The position numbers and the translations under genes were made by a program. Under the pieces are notes generated by a model. It saw only the letters and a list, made by a program, of their open reading frames with translations, searched no databases and was not told where the DNA came from. Shown piece by piece: positions 63,327-64,000 of a DNA stretch of 64,000 nt. Source of the DNA: Macrostomum lignano (taxonomy: Eukaryota); contig NIVC01000109.1 of the NCBI GenBank assembly GCA_002269645.1, forward strand, positions 607,670 to 671,669, read 5' to 3'. The first letter of the stretch is position 1. Every line of letters starts with the position of its first letter.

Positions 63327-63702
63327 GTAACTAACTAAACTAGCATCAATAATCTAAATAAGCATATTCTAAACTCACAGCTCAAATCCTTCCTCGGTGG
63401 ATCTTTCTTAGTCTCCGTCCCGTTCAAGGTGAACATCCTGGGCTCGGTTGAGTACTCGGTGCTGAACAGCCACTCCACCGGGTAGCGGGTCTGCTCAGAC
63501 GTCAGCTCGATTCCGCCCAGGTAGAAAGCCAGGCGAGGCGGCGGAATCGCAGCCTTTTTGGTGAAGCATTCGAACCGGTTGCTAGGAGATTCTGTAGCAC
63601 TCGAATTGACGGATGAAGCGGTCGCTGAGGTGGATGAAGTCCAGTTGCTGGGCGATATCGGGTCCCAGCTGGCGAGCACGAGGCTCTCCTCAGGCAGCAC
63701 CT
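61548..63702 (-). CDS. 3' part of an Ig-superfamily protein with hydrophobic C-terminus (probable GPI anchor); 5' exons not found within the window
   Basis: Phase-1 exons 63379-63702 (FECFTKKAAIPPPRLAFYLGG), 62589-62729 (LLLECRATQNL...TKSIVLHL) and 61548-61645 (DFSNRASTLRIISTTFGLAAWLTAVLMKFTLI*). Confidence 0.7.
61845..62470. repeat. 31-bp minisatellite (CTCAGTCTCACTAGATCTCCGCCTGGGGTCA)n
   Basis: Directly visible. Confidence 0.95.
62748..63338. repeat. Compound (GACT)n / (AACT)n microsatellite
   Basis: Directly visible. Confidence 0.97.
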
Positions 63703-64000
63703 CTGCGTTAAAGTTCGACGCAAGCAAAATTTCAGTTTTTAATTACTACGAGTGTATACTTGGAAAAAGTAAAGTTTTCTCAAGTATTGCTACTAATAGT
63801 TGGCAAATTAGAGCTATCTTTATAGAGTCCCAGTGTTTCTTGGGAAAATGCTACGTATTATTATCATATGATGCTTGACCTTGGTTGATTAGTTGAAATG
63901 CTTGCCTAAGTACAGTATTTCAGCTGCTCTTATCTTTTTAGAGCGGAGTTTCTCGACTATTTTTGTCTATGGCCAACCCCCATTTAGGGCTGTGCGACTG

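Noticed and set aside
63558-63878. Plus-strand 106-aa ORF
   Set aside because: It is the antisense shadow of the minus-strand Ig exon, which has proper splice sites.

Overview
Eukaryotic animal genomic DNA with GT-AG introns, GC-rich exons, and many introns filled by a distinct tandem repeat. This style is consistent with a macrostomid flatworm such as Macrostomum lignano (inference). Most long ORFs in the supplied track are artefacts of tandem repeats; the real genes had to be rebuilt by hand from splice sites and reading phase. Gene order: 3' end of an unidentified + gene (to 2434); a ~28-31 kb minus-strand SRCIN1/KIAA1217(AIP3)-like scaffold gene; a + gene that phase-consistent splicing joins into one ~677-aa protein with ~7-8 ankyrin repeats followed by an intact caspase domain (top finding); a minus-strand phosphagen (arginine-kinase-like) kinase with an NEGDH motif; a minus-strand single-pass receptor (signal peptide, lectin-like, Ig, FN3-like, TM); a complete MANF/ARMET gene ending in KDEL; and the 3' part of a minus-strand Ig-domain, probably GPI-anchored protein. 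Also present: four copies of a tRNA-derived SINE, a 426-bp MITE with an 8-bp target-site duplication, and more than 30 micro/minisatellite arrays. No CRISPR array, rRNA or bona fide tRNA was seen. Gene models are manual and unverified by RNA data; repeat boundaries are approximate.
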